A stretch of DNA of 63,147 bases, filler included, from Ministeria vibrans ATCC 50519 (taxonomy: Eukaryota > Protista > Filasterea): assembly GCA_943704425.1 (NCBI GenBank). It is 6 parts of 6 records of this genome, joined end to end, with 100 filler letters (N's around TTAATTAATTAA, not from the genome) between each part and the next. Parts side by side here need not be neighbours in the genome. Positions count along the whole stretch, not along the records: positions 30,513 to 54,035 come from CALSCP010002206.1; positions 54,136 to 59,877 come from CALSCP010000191.1; positions 59,978 to 63,147 come from CALSCP010000744.1; 3 more parts are not named here. One strand, 5' to 3'. The translations under genes and the position numbers were made by a program. The notes below the pieces were generated by a model. The model ran no database searches and was not told where the DNA came from. It worked only from the letters and a program-made list of their open reading frames with translations. This document shows positions 49,207 through 60,031 of this stretch, piece by piece. How positions within the stretch are numbered: the first letter of the stretch is position 1; each line of letters opens with the position of its first letter.

Positions 49207-50970
49207 ATGAAACGGCGAGGGAGGAGCGCAGCTGCTGCAGCGGGTGCTCCGTCAACACGCACACATGGGTGTGGTCTACAGCGTCAGACGGGGCAGGTTG
49301 CGCCGACCAGGGCGTACCGCACGTCCGAGCTGGCGGGCTTCTTTACGTTGCAGGAGAATCTCAAAGTGCGCTGTCGCTGGCCGACGGTGGACGGCCAGCC
49401 CTGCCGCTCCAACGGCTTTGTTGGCGAGAATGTCGACATGCACTTCCGCGCCTACCATGTGCGCAGTCTGTACCGTGCTGTGTGCGCGCTGTGCGGCACG
49501 TCCGTCGGCGCGGCGAATCTCAGGCAGCATCTGGGGGCGATGCACGCCGAAATGTACTCACCCGAGGTGATGGCGCTGAAGCCGTTTGACAAGAACGGCT
49601 GGAAGACGTTGTACACTAAGAGCGTGTGTACCACACTACAGCTGCGCAACCAGGAGTCGGACAACACCGTTGTCAACATTGAGGAGCAACTCAGTCGTTT
49701 GTGGCGTGTTGACTGGGAGCCTGTGCCGCTGGGCTTCAGAGACTGGCTTGCCGCCGAGCGGGCACGACGCGACGCCGATGCCATGGACGACGACGACGAC
49801 GACGTTGACTTGCCGTTGGTGGCACAGAATGGTGGTGGCGGTGGCGGTGGGTTTGGGCGAGGAGAAGTTCGGCCCAAGCGGAAGGCACAGTCGGAGAAAG
49901 AACCGCAGCGGAATCGAAAGAAGCGGAGACGCACCGCGGACGATGACGATGTTGAAAGTGACGATGCAGAGGAGGAGGTGGAGGGTGATGATGAAGAGGG
50001 TGATGATGGTGATGGGAGTCGGGAAGAAGGGGTGTTTGAGCTGCTGGGGAATGGGAAAGTGCGGTGTCGGTGTCTGCTTGTGGACGGGCGCGAGTGTGGG
50101 GGGCTGGGGTTCCTGCCGGAGCGGGTGATGGACCACTTTGCCGACTGCCATCCGCAGAGTCAGTATCGCGTGCGGTGCATTTTGTGCGACACGGACGTCC
50201 CTCCGCACCGCAGTGTGTTCAACAAGCACCTCCTGAGCGCGCATCCCGAACACTTTGCGACGAGCCACGACTGGCAGAATGTATATGCGCGTCTTGTTCG
50301 TACGCTTCTCGAGAAGCGTGGCGAGTCCAAGGCTGTTGTGGAGCGTGAGATGCGTCGCATGAACGCCGTTGCGCCCGTTCCCAAGTTGTACACGCGCTGG
50401 CTCAAGGAGGCACAGCGACTGCGCGGCGGAGAGGCGCATCCCGAGAACCTTGCGCTGTCGTTTGAGTACCTCAGCGAGGGCCGCTTCAAGTGCCATCGCG
50501 TGCTGCCTGTGACGGGCTTGGAGTGCAATGCGCGTCCGTTTGACCGCACCACGGTGAGCAATCATTTCAGTCGTTACCATCCGCTGAGTGTGTATCGCAC
50601 GCGCTGTGTCATGTGCAGTGCGTCGCTCTGTGACACTGGTCAGCTCAAGCGCCATCTGCGCACCCGCGTTCACCATGATGTCTTCACGCCCGAGATCATG
50701 GCGACCACTTGGGCCGATCAGTACACGACCGAGGCGGTGCGTGTGCTGCGCGCGGACGGGCGGCCCGAGGACGAGATTGAGCGCGAACTCAACCTGCTGT
50801 GGGAGCACGAGAAGGTCCCTGCGCACTTTCTCAAGTGGGCCGCGTTTGTCGAACAACAACACCTCGGGAAGGTGAAGAAGGAGGAAAAGGAGGAGGAGGT
50901 GAAAGAGAAGGAGAAGAAGGAGAAGGAGAAGAGTGGCAAGAAGGGGAAGAAAGGGAGGAGGGCTAAGTAA
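49207..50970 (+). CDS. Triple-module double zinc-finger protein with acidic linker and Lys/Glu tail
   Basis: Three modules, each C-x9-C..H-x4-H, then C-x2-C..H-x4/5-H, then a helical W..Y..E.EL..L..VP..F..W segment; NLS-like RNRKKRRR. Start codon uncertain. Confidence 0.8.
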   Translation: MKRRGRSAAAAAGAPSTRTHGCGLQRQTGQVAPTRAYRTSELAGFFTLQENLKVRCRWPTVDGQPCRSNGFVGENVDMHFRAYHVRSLYRAVCALCGTSVGAANLRQHLGAMHAEMYSPEVMALKPFDKNGWKTLYTKSVCTTLQLRNQESDNTVVNIEEQLSRLWRVDWEPVPLGFRDWLAAERARRDADAMDDDDDDVDLPLVAQNGGGGGGGFGRGEVRPKRKAQSEKEPQRNRKKRRRTADDDDVESDDAEEEVEGDDEEGDDGDGSREEGVFELLGNGKVRCRCLLVDGRECGGLGFLPERVMDHFADCHPQSQYRVRCILCDTDVPPHRSVFNKHLLSAHPEHFATSHDWQNVYARLVRTLLEKRGESKAVVEREMRRMNAVAPVPKLYTRWLKEAQRLRGGEAHPENLALSFEYLSEGRFKCHRVLPVTGLECNARPFDRTTVSNHFSRYHPLSVYRTRCVMCSASLCDTGQLKRHLRTRVHHDVFTPEIMATTWADQYTTEAVRVLRADGRPEDEIERELNLLWEHEKVPAHFLKWAAFVEQQHLGKVKKEEKEEEVKEKEKKEKEKSGKKGKKGRRAK

Positions 50971-51270
50971 GAATGTTGTACAGTATTGGAATCAATAGTT
51001 AATACGTCATAATAAAAATTCATTATGATTTATGGCGGAAGGGCAAAGGTCGATGTGATTATTGTGATACTCTTTTTTTGCACTTTGGATTTGAATTCTT
51101 CTCTTATTCGTAACGTTTCTCTCTTTATGTTTTTGTTTATTAACAATCTACCCAAAAATTAATCGTCTAATCATATTTTTTATCTGATCACTTGCAAAAG
51201 CGTCGCTTGTGATTCTAGTCGTACCAGACGCCACGCACAATCTTCCTGGCCGTCGTCCACAAGCATATCC

Positions 51271-53970
51271 ATGGACGCCTCGTACGGCGGCGCGTCGGCA
51301 GCGACAGAAACGACAAGTTTGCGGTCGCGTGACCCTGAGCGAAACCCGCTGCTCCTATCGCAGAGCGACGATGCGACGGGCGAGAAGGGCGACGACCTAG
51401 CGCATGTGCATGGGCGCGCGACGGAAAGACGGACGAGGCGCGCCGTATGGACGCAGCGCATCAAACTGCTCGTCATTGTGTCAGTGCTGCTCACATCGCT
51501 CGTCCTCTTCGCCAGCAACGCCGAGGTACCCGCCACGCGTCTGCATGAGAGAGAGCGAGGGAGAGAGAGAGAGAGCGCGTTGTTGTGCCTCGTTCCACTG
51601 TCACTCCACTTTTGTTTTAATTGGATGACAAATAATATAAGTTTCGTCCTTTTTTTTTTTTTTTTTTTTTGCTGGGAATGTTTTGGGTTTATAATAATTT
51701 TATTATTATAATAATCATTATTATTATTAATATGATGGGTGTATCAGTGGGTCTATAGGCTTCTTTTGGGACATTCTCGTCTAGAAGTCTACGGCGGAAG
51801 TATTGTGCTGCTCTTTGTTTTGTTTTTGTTTTGACATTGAGTATTCAGTAATCTTATTTTGCGTTTTTCTTAGTCGGAGCTCACGCAGAGCCTTGTGAGT
51901 GTGCCTTCAGCAGGTCATGGTGTGTCTCTTGTTGAGGTATTTGTGCGCCCTGACACTCAATAGAAGACTGAATATGTCATAGGTCGAGTCTGGTCATACT
52001 TACTATGAGATTGACTTGACCTTCAATCCCATTCCGGTCGAGCTGGACAACGGCACTGCGATTGTGTACAATTTGTTTGTGGGAGTGGTGGGCCGCGACG
52101 CGGAGACGGACGAGTGGATCACACTGGCGGCACCCGAAGACTATTGGGTGGTGGACTTGTCGCAGACGGAGAACGAAGAGGAGGAGATGACGGAGCGCCA
52201 TCGGTTTCTCCTGCAGCCCTCGTACCACCACTACGCACTCAATATGAGCACAAGTGACACGGTTGACCACGATCTTGCATTGAAAATATACGGTGGATCG
52301 CTTCCATCGGCCATTGACGACGAAGTCATCTTTGCCGCGCTCATTCTCATCTTTGTGTACTTTCTCATCATCTTTGATCTGGTTCACCGCACCCTTGCAG
52401 CCATGATTGGTGCTTTTTTGACTCTTGGCGTGCTTGCAGCGCTCAATAAGCGTCCGTCGCTTGATGAAGTTGTCGAGTGGATTGACTTTGAGACCATTTC
52501 GCTTTTATTTGGTATGTACAGTCGCACACGAGTGAGAGATTATGTGTGTGTGCGTGACTGACGTGTGTGTGTGTCTGGGTGGTGTTTAGGCATGATGGTG
52601 ATGGTGGGTATCTTTTCGACGACTGGTTTCTTCGAATATGCTGCTGTCAAAGCGTACAAGGTGCCACGATTTGCGATGTTTTTAAAGGGTTCTTCTCCTA
52701 ACCTTCCTGCTTGTTTCATTTTTAAGATATCTCGCGGTCGCGTTTGGTTTCTATTGACCATTTTGTGTACCTTTTCTGCGGTTGTATCTGCGTTTTTGGA
52801 CAATGTTACTACTGTGCTTCTCATGTCACCCGTCACAATCCGACTTTGTGAAGTAAGAGAAAACGCTCGTCACACAGTCATTCCCAATGCGTCTCCCTTT
52901 TTCGCTCACCGTCTCCACTCTTTCTCCAGGTGATGAATTTGTCTCCCCAGCCCGTTTTGATTGCCATTGTGCTCTTTTCTAACATTGGAGGGACCAGCAC
53001 GGCCGTGGGTGACCCACCCAATGTCATCATTGTGTCTGACTCGACCATTGCCAAGAGCGGAATGAATTTTAGCCTCTTTACCGGCCACATGTTTGTCGGT
53101 TCTATCTTTGTCTTTTTTGTCGGTTATGCTTGGGTCAGGCTATTCTCCTACAGAAATGTCGAGTAAGATCATAATAATTATTATTATGATTAGAAACTAA
53201 GAAAGAATTTTTAAGAATATTTTTTTCATCTATATTTTTGTTTAAGTCTCACTCACACACCTACACAATTAATCTTGTTCTTTTCTTAGCTTCTCCTCAC
53301 CCGATTCTCCTCATGTTGCTGAACTCCGTCGTGAGATTCTCATTTGGCGCAAGTCAGTTCTACACTTGACAAGCCAATCTCAGGAAGAGAGTCACGTCAG
53401 ACAGCTGTTGGAGCAGAAAATTGCAGAACTCGAGCAAGTCAGTGCAGCAAAAACAGACGAGTTTTTATTTATAACTATTATTACAATTTTTAGGTATTGG
53501 AAACAGCTCAATCGAGTGGAGAGGACGACTGGCTGTTGAACGTGAAGCAGTTGGAGGCACAATATCGCATTAAGGACCCAGTGCTGTTCGTCACGAGCTC
53601 CTGTGTGTTAGTTGTGGTCATTATCTTCTTTTTTATTCACAGTGTAAGTGTGTGACTATGAGAGTGTTGACGTTCTCTCACTATTTTCCGATCACTTCCC
53701 TGACTGATACTTCTCTCCCTCTCACTCGCACTCTCAGATTCCCGGAATCCATCTTGATCTTGGCTGGATTGCAATTATTGGCGCAATTTTCCTGCTGTTG
53801 CTCTCGGGAGTGCAGGAGATTGACCATTTCCTGGAGAAGGTTGAGTGGTCGACTCTTTTGTTTTTTGCAGCGCTCTTTGTGCTGATGGAAGGGCTCTCTG
53901 AACTGGGGCTCATCAGTTGGATTGGTGCACGCACTGCCGATATGATTCGGGCTGTCCCCGCTGAGTCTCG
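51271..53970 (+). CDS. OCA2: OCA2/P-protein (ArsB/NhaD ion-transporter superfamily), 3' end missing
   Basis: [20 protein letters not shown]|[71 protein letters not shown]. Confidence 0.93.
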
Positions 53971-53988
53971 GTATTGCCACACATACAC

Positions 53989-54035
<47 letters not shown>

Positions 54036-54135
54036 NNNNNNNNNNNNNNNNNNNNNNNNNNNNNNNNNNNNNNNNNNNNTTAATTAATTAANNNNNNNNN
54101 NNNNNNNNNNNNNNNNNNNNNNNNNNNNNNNNNNN

Positions 54136-54244
<109 letters not shown>

Positions 54245-54372
54245 GAATAAAATTAATAATATTAATAATAATTATTATTATACAATTATACAATACAATA
54301 ATTAATAATTACAATTATTAGTACTGATAATAAAAATAATAAAAATAATAAAAAATAATTAATACTGCGTAC

Positions 54373-54588
54373 ATATCCACCAACGGAACCACCGGTGCAA
54401 TAGAGCTCCATCTGACACCGGAATGGCGTTTGTGTCGACGCGTAGACTTGAACAGCACTATAAGTACAGAGAAGAGCCAGGGTAAAAAGCAACGACCTAC
54501 GAGTGTACAGGTAAAATAATTTATTATTTATAATAAAAAATAATTATAATAATAATAGTAATAGCTATAGTGACTCAAGTCACCGCAT
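54373..54588 (-). CDS. 5' exons of a small secreted protein (RC-x4-YCTG family); remainder beyond contig end
   Basis: ATG CG|gtgact...tcgtag|G TCG gives MRSLLFTLALLCTYSAVQVYASTQTPFRCQMELYCTGGSVGGY|gtacgc. Confidence 0.55.
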
Positions 54589-54959
54589 CACAATATTTTT
54601 CACGCACTTTGTCATAACGGAGGATGATCGATTCTCGACAGAGCTTGTTAAAGACGTTTGAAAGGCTACAGAAACCAAAATTATCAATAGTTCTCGTACA
54701 AAAGAGTATATAATTATGAAAGGAGCATCAGAATCATGATATTAATATAAATGAGCGGTCGGCTTAAGCAGCTTGTCGGATGCGTTATAAGCGTAAGAGG
54801 CGCTGTGCATCACAGGCTAGGCTGCGCCTAGCCATGTGGCATAGCGTTGGCTGTGCTTCGCTACGTTTCGCTACGCTTCGCATATTCGATGGTTACCCAT
54901 GGGGTATCTCTATTCCATCTCTATATGTATCCCATGTTTACGTGAAAGCAAACGTCACC

Positions 54960-56080
54960 TCGAGCAGTCGGCACTTCTGCAAACGAAAGCAAGAGGCGAC
55001 ATGATGAGGCACAGTTTGCGGGCGATACGCAAAAGCGATAGCAGAGTTTCAACGGAGACGGAACGGAGATGCACGAGATGGCGATCACACCGGCTCTCGC
55101 CAACGCTTGTAAACAGATATATATATAACGGCATGATGAGGTAGAGGTTACGGGCGACATGCCCAAAAGAGCGATAACAGAGTTTTAACTTCGTTTCAAC
55201 GGAGACAGAACGAAAATGCACGAGATGGCGATCATATCGGCTCTCGCCAACGCCTGTAAACAGATACATATATATGATATATCAGCTTAAAACAGCACTT
55301 ACAGCGGTCGACTTTGCTGATTGCTGAGAAAGAAAAAGAGAGACTAAGCAGAAATTATTTGAGCGAGCCAGACCCAAAACGGACCCAAAACAAACGATCC
55401 ATAAAAAACACGGAAAAGATAAACGAGGCGCACAAGGAGATACCGATCATATCGCCTCTTGTCAACGCCCGTAGACAGACCCTTAATCCCAAGCAATGCT
55501 GCCGCTTACGGTAGCGAAAGATATCAGGCAGAATTCGCAGGCAGTCGGAAGATAAAAATGTACAAATAATTTATGAAACGAAAATACCCAGCAGGGGAAT
55601 GAATAGAGCGGCAGGAGTCGTTGATTTGTTGTCAAGGGCATGAACACGACGCGAGTATCAGACACAGCAGATAAATTGGCAACATGGTTTAGCAAAAAGG
55701 CGGCTATGACCCCCGCGTACGGTCGATTTTAATTTTTTTTTATTAAAATAATTATTAATCGAAGAGTTATCACGTCGTATTACGTCAGGCCAGAGATGTT
55801 TTTATCATAGCATCTGCCTTATTGAATTCAGACTACATCCTTTATAGTATTACTAAGAGAGACGTAGCTGATGTACCGAAATCAGAATTGTCCAAACCGA
55901 GACACGTATTTCTGGTGTATCAAAAGAGTATCAAATCGAAATCAAATCACACAAACAATTGCAATAAAGACCTTATACGTAGCGAGATGGTGATGTGTTA
56001 CGGGAAAAGAATAGTCGTCTTACCTAGGAAAGATTATGATAAGAAGAACTGACTTTGAAAATCGTCAAAATGCTATTATT
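54960..56080 (+). repeat. Left arm of a diverged ~1 kb inverted repeat with internal subrepeats
   Basis: Colinear blocks match the reverse complement of 58730-59760, e.g. GCAGAATTCGCAGGCAG at 55528-55544 vs 59282-59298, and 55981-56052 vs 58762-58835. Confidence 0.8.
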
Positions 56081-56173
56081 TTCATTATTTTGATGAACAT
56101 TATTTTGGTCCTTGCTTGGGCTAGGGAATGAAAGGGGATCTGTACTTTTTGGTAGTGTCGTCGTGTCAGAGTA

Positions 56174-56683
56174 TCAGGGACTAACAAGAATTTGCTTAAA
56201 TGATAGGACCGTGCAGCTGCCGCCCGTGGCAGTCGTCAACGTCACGCCGATGGGAGAGGAGACATCGGAATTGGTGGAGTCTCGGACAAAGCAGGCAGCA
56301 ACAGCAGTCGAACGTTCGGCGACCAGCTTGACAACCGACGCATTCTGTTCGTCCATAACGAGAATTAGGGCGTCCTTAAGCGTGCCATCGGCTGCAGGTG
56401 TAACTTGGGCAATATCCCAGAGAGACAAAGGTAAAGCCCGTGGCCAAAACGGGACCAAAACGGGACCAAAACGTGTAGACTAAAAGTGCCGTCCGTATTC
56501 GCCGGCATCAGACGTCGCGGCAACGTCGTTGGACCGAACATGGGCCGCTGAGACTGCATCCCCAGTGCAGTAGGCTTGCAAGCGACATCGAGTGATTCCC
56601 GGCAGAGGGCTTGCTCCAGGAGCAGGAACGCCGACGAATATAGAGGCCGTAATGGCAAGGAAAACAAGCATTCCGAGCTTCAT
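56174..56683 (-). CDS. Small secreted protein (RC-x4-YCTG family), probably two exons
   Basis: MKLGMLVFLAITASIFVG...RCRLQAYCTGDAVSAAH; a predicted intron gttcgg...cacttttag removes the in-frame TAG at 56480-56482; the frame continues to 56174. Confidence 0.55.
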
Positions 56684-57286
56684 TTATATCCTATCGGATG
56701 ACGTTATTGACGTATATCTAAAAAAAAATATGAATAATGAAGAAGAAGAAGTTGGAAAATATCGTGATTAATTTTTTTCGACCCCTGCCTGATCTTATTC
56801 TGTATGACTCAAAAAATTCATTTGCGCCCAACATAGCCGTCGGGCGCACCAATTTTTGCGTTTCTTCGTGTAGTCCTAGACGACTATGACGCTGATGGCA
56901 GCTAGTAGCACGCCCTTCAAAAGAATGTCGGTTCATTCCAACTGACACAGTCTAAGTTTGAACTAAGTTTGTTCGGAGTCCGAAGTTCGTCCGAATTAAG
57001 CGATCGTCTGGCTCTCGTCTTGTGAAACTCCTGTTGCATGCATGTATGGTATCACTACGCCGTGCTTGATCAATCGGAATGGATGAACGGCAAACATTGG
57101 CCAGTGCTTGAGTGGTGAGCATTTGGTCGGCGATAAAGGAGACTGAAACCCATTCATTGTTTCAGTTTCTTCATTGTTAGAATCTTGTTCGAATCATAGA
57201 AGACCTTTAAACCGGCAGCTGATCCTTTTTAGTTTGACATTCTTTTTTTGTACATTGGATTTTGTAACTCGTACGTTAATAATGCA

Positions 57287-58420
57287 CAGGGGTGACGGGT
57301 GATTTGGTTATCAAAACGTTTTTTTGATCTTTTGGGTTTGAAGACGGCCGAGATAAAAATAATACTTACTTATTCATTGAAAACTATAAAAGGGAGTTCA
57401 CACAGTTTTACTCAAAAGTGGGCGCAAAGACAACATTACTGAGCTCTTGCACAGCCTCTTCCATTGCACTGATGTCCTGGCTTTGCATCTGCCTGTCGCT
57501 GCGGAGCTTGATGTTGCTCAGCTCGTCGTCACGGGTTGGAGTCGTAGTGCACGAGTTGATCACCTTCTTGCTGAGAGTGGGTGCATGGCGGACTCTTGTG
57601 TCGGGAACGCCCATCAATGTCAATGCACGGAAGTGTCCATTGGCGTCCTTGATGTGCCGTGTGTTGTCGTGGAGCATGAGAATCATCTCTGCTCGTAAAG
57701 GGTCGAGGTGGAGACGTACACGATGCCTCCGAAATTGAAATTGCGCTCGGCGGCCCTAGACGATGGTCCGTCGAAGGCTAGATCGTGAGACAGTGAGAGT
57801 GAGAACAACTGCGCGTGCCACTGGCGTTGGGAGTGTTCAAGCTGGTGGTCAAATCCACTGCAGCTAAGTAGGTAGCTAAGTAGTAGCTACGGAGTAGCTA
57901 CCTAGTTGGAGACACTGTTGGAGTCGTAGAAAGGTTTGCAATGTCGGAGAAATGCTCGTCGTAGCGGCAGGCGTCGGTGTAGCCGCGGTACAAGACAGCA
58001 GCACGCGCGTACTTGCGCACTCGGTCGTTCTTGCGCCTCGCTGGTTGCAAGGGGTGTGGAGCGTCTCGTCGGATATGTTTCTCTGTCTTGCGGATGATGC
58101 CATCACTGCCTCCGAGCTTGTCCTCGTCCTCCTCATCCTCGTCCATGCCTTCTTTTCCATCCACCTCCTCTGCTCCTTCCTCGTCGCTGTCAGAGTCCTC
58201 GCTCGAGAGGATGGTGGACGAGTGTGTTGGTTTCTGTAGTCGGCTGTGTCGTCGCTTCTCCTCATCTCGAGACCCCGTATAGACTATAGAGTTGAAGTCG
58301 CAGGCCGCTGCAGTCCTTGTGGAGCGTTGGGGCGTTGAGGTGCCTAGGTCAAGCTGCTTGTGCCGGACGTAGAGAGAGAAGGTTACAAGACCGATTTCTC
58401 ATGACTGTTGTGAAGCATTC
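57287..58420 (-). mobile_element. Probable degenerate hAT-family transposon relic (transposase C-terminus and one candidate end)
   Basis: Minus strand PSSRAAERNFNFGGIVY, frameshift, RLHLDPLRAEMILMLHDN resembles the hAT dimerisation consensus (PxSSxxxERxFS..G.....R..LxP...E.L..L..N). An acidic tract lies upstream, and CAGGGGTGAC at 57287 lies just past the stop. Confidence 0.5.
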
Positions 58421-58729
58421 TCGCCCGTCTGACCTCTTAGGCATCGTGTACGACGGTACTATACCGGTTCTGACTTCTGGGGCTCGAAATAACAAATATA
58501 GTTGCAAACCAATGCTTTTGAAATTTGAACATATGAACTACCACTCACTCAAGTAATCGTATTAGTTAGCACTTAGTTATTACTAATGTTTCTTAGTTTA
58601 TAGTTATTACTTAATACTAAGACAGTAAGAGTAAGCTGTAAGACTCAAGGTGTTAGATGAGTCAAGAATCCCAAGGGATAGTTGACAAAATCAAGCAACG
58701 CTCGATGATTTTTTTTTTAATTTTTGCAA

Positions 58730-59760
58730 AAACTATAGAAAGTTGACGGTTCACTCACTACTCAGTCCTTTTTTCTCATAATCCTTTCCAGGGTAAGACA
58801 ACCATTCCATCTTTGTCGCACGTCACCATATCGCTGCATACCTTATACCTTCCCTGGGGAGACCCCCCTGGTCTTTTATCAAGCTTGTGCGTTTGAATGT
58901 TTCTGAGAAGTTTCACATCTTCTTCATCCACCTGCGCATCAGCTTCGCATCAGCGTCTCTCCCAATTTTATGTCTGTGTGTCAAGTTCATGAACGGAGAT
59001 GCTATGACCAAAATGTTTAATGCTTTGATTGCTTTCCGGCCTGACGTGATTACTGAGACGCACACAAAAAAAAATATTGTGAAAAAAAAACGAACTTTCT
59101 TGTGCTTTTTGGGGGCCATAGCCGTCGTCTTGCCCACCTACGCAACCTAATTCTTCCGCATCAGTTATTCGTGTCATCTCCATGCCATTGGCAACGATTC
59201 CTGCCGCGTTACATTCTCGTGATGCTTTTCGTGTTTTTGAATGTTTTCTTGAAGTTTTCTTTTTCTTTTTCTTTCTCTCGTCTGCCTGCGAATTCTGCTT
59301 TACGTCTGTCGCTGCCGTTTGCAGCAGTGTTGTTTAGAAGGAAGGTGTTTCTGTTTACGGGCGTTGGCGGGAGGCGATTTGACCGGCATCGTGAGCCTCT
59401 CTTATCAATTTTGTGGGAGCGTTTTTCTTGTAGCGTTTTTTTGTGACGCTCCTGTATGAACCCGTGATAAGCTGTCGCCTGCAAGCTCTGCTCGACGTCT
59501 CTCTTTTTCTTGCTCAGCAGTGTTGCCTGTTGTTTGAAATTGGTATACATCTGTCTACAGGCGTTGGAGAGCCGATGTGATCGGCACGCAAGCATCTCGC
59601 TCGGTTGATTATCGGTTTTCGTTTTTTTGGGTCCCTCTTTGGGTCGTTTTCTGTATGTTTTCTGTTTTTTTTTTTGAGCTGTTTCCTGTCGCCTGCAAAT
59701 TTTGTTTGCCGTCTTGCGTCTCTCGCTTTCGTTTTCAGAGGTGCTGTCTGCGGTCGACGT
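58730..59760 (-). repeat. Right arm of the diverged inverted repeat
   Basis: Reverse-complement match to 54960-56080. Confidence 0.8.
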
Positions 59761-60031
59761 GTGTTGTGTTGTTGGAGGTGTTTTATTAGAAGAAGAAGAC
59801 ATATAATTATCCAATTTATTATCAATGAGTAATTATTATCATTAATAAATGGGTTGTATTCTTCTTCTTCTTCTTCTNNNNNNNNNNNNNNNNNNNNNNN
59901 NNNNNNNNNNNNNNNNNNNNNTTAATTAATTAANNNNNNNNNNNNNNNNNNNNNNNNNNNNNNNNNNNNNNNNNNNNTTGTTTTTTTTTTTTTTTTTTTT
60001 TGTACATTTTTCTTTTACTTTTGCGTCTCAG

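Noticed and set aside
55001-55480. CRISPR-like array or C/D snoRNA cluster
   Set aside because: The repeats are degenerate, the spacers are long and partly homologous, and there are no cas genes. ATGATGA starts lack a terminal CTGA box D.
57715-58452. 14-bp perfect inverted repeat AGGCATCGTGTACG
   Set aside because: One copy is inside the transposase-like coding remnant and there is no TSD; compatible with chance.
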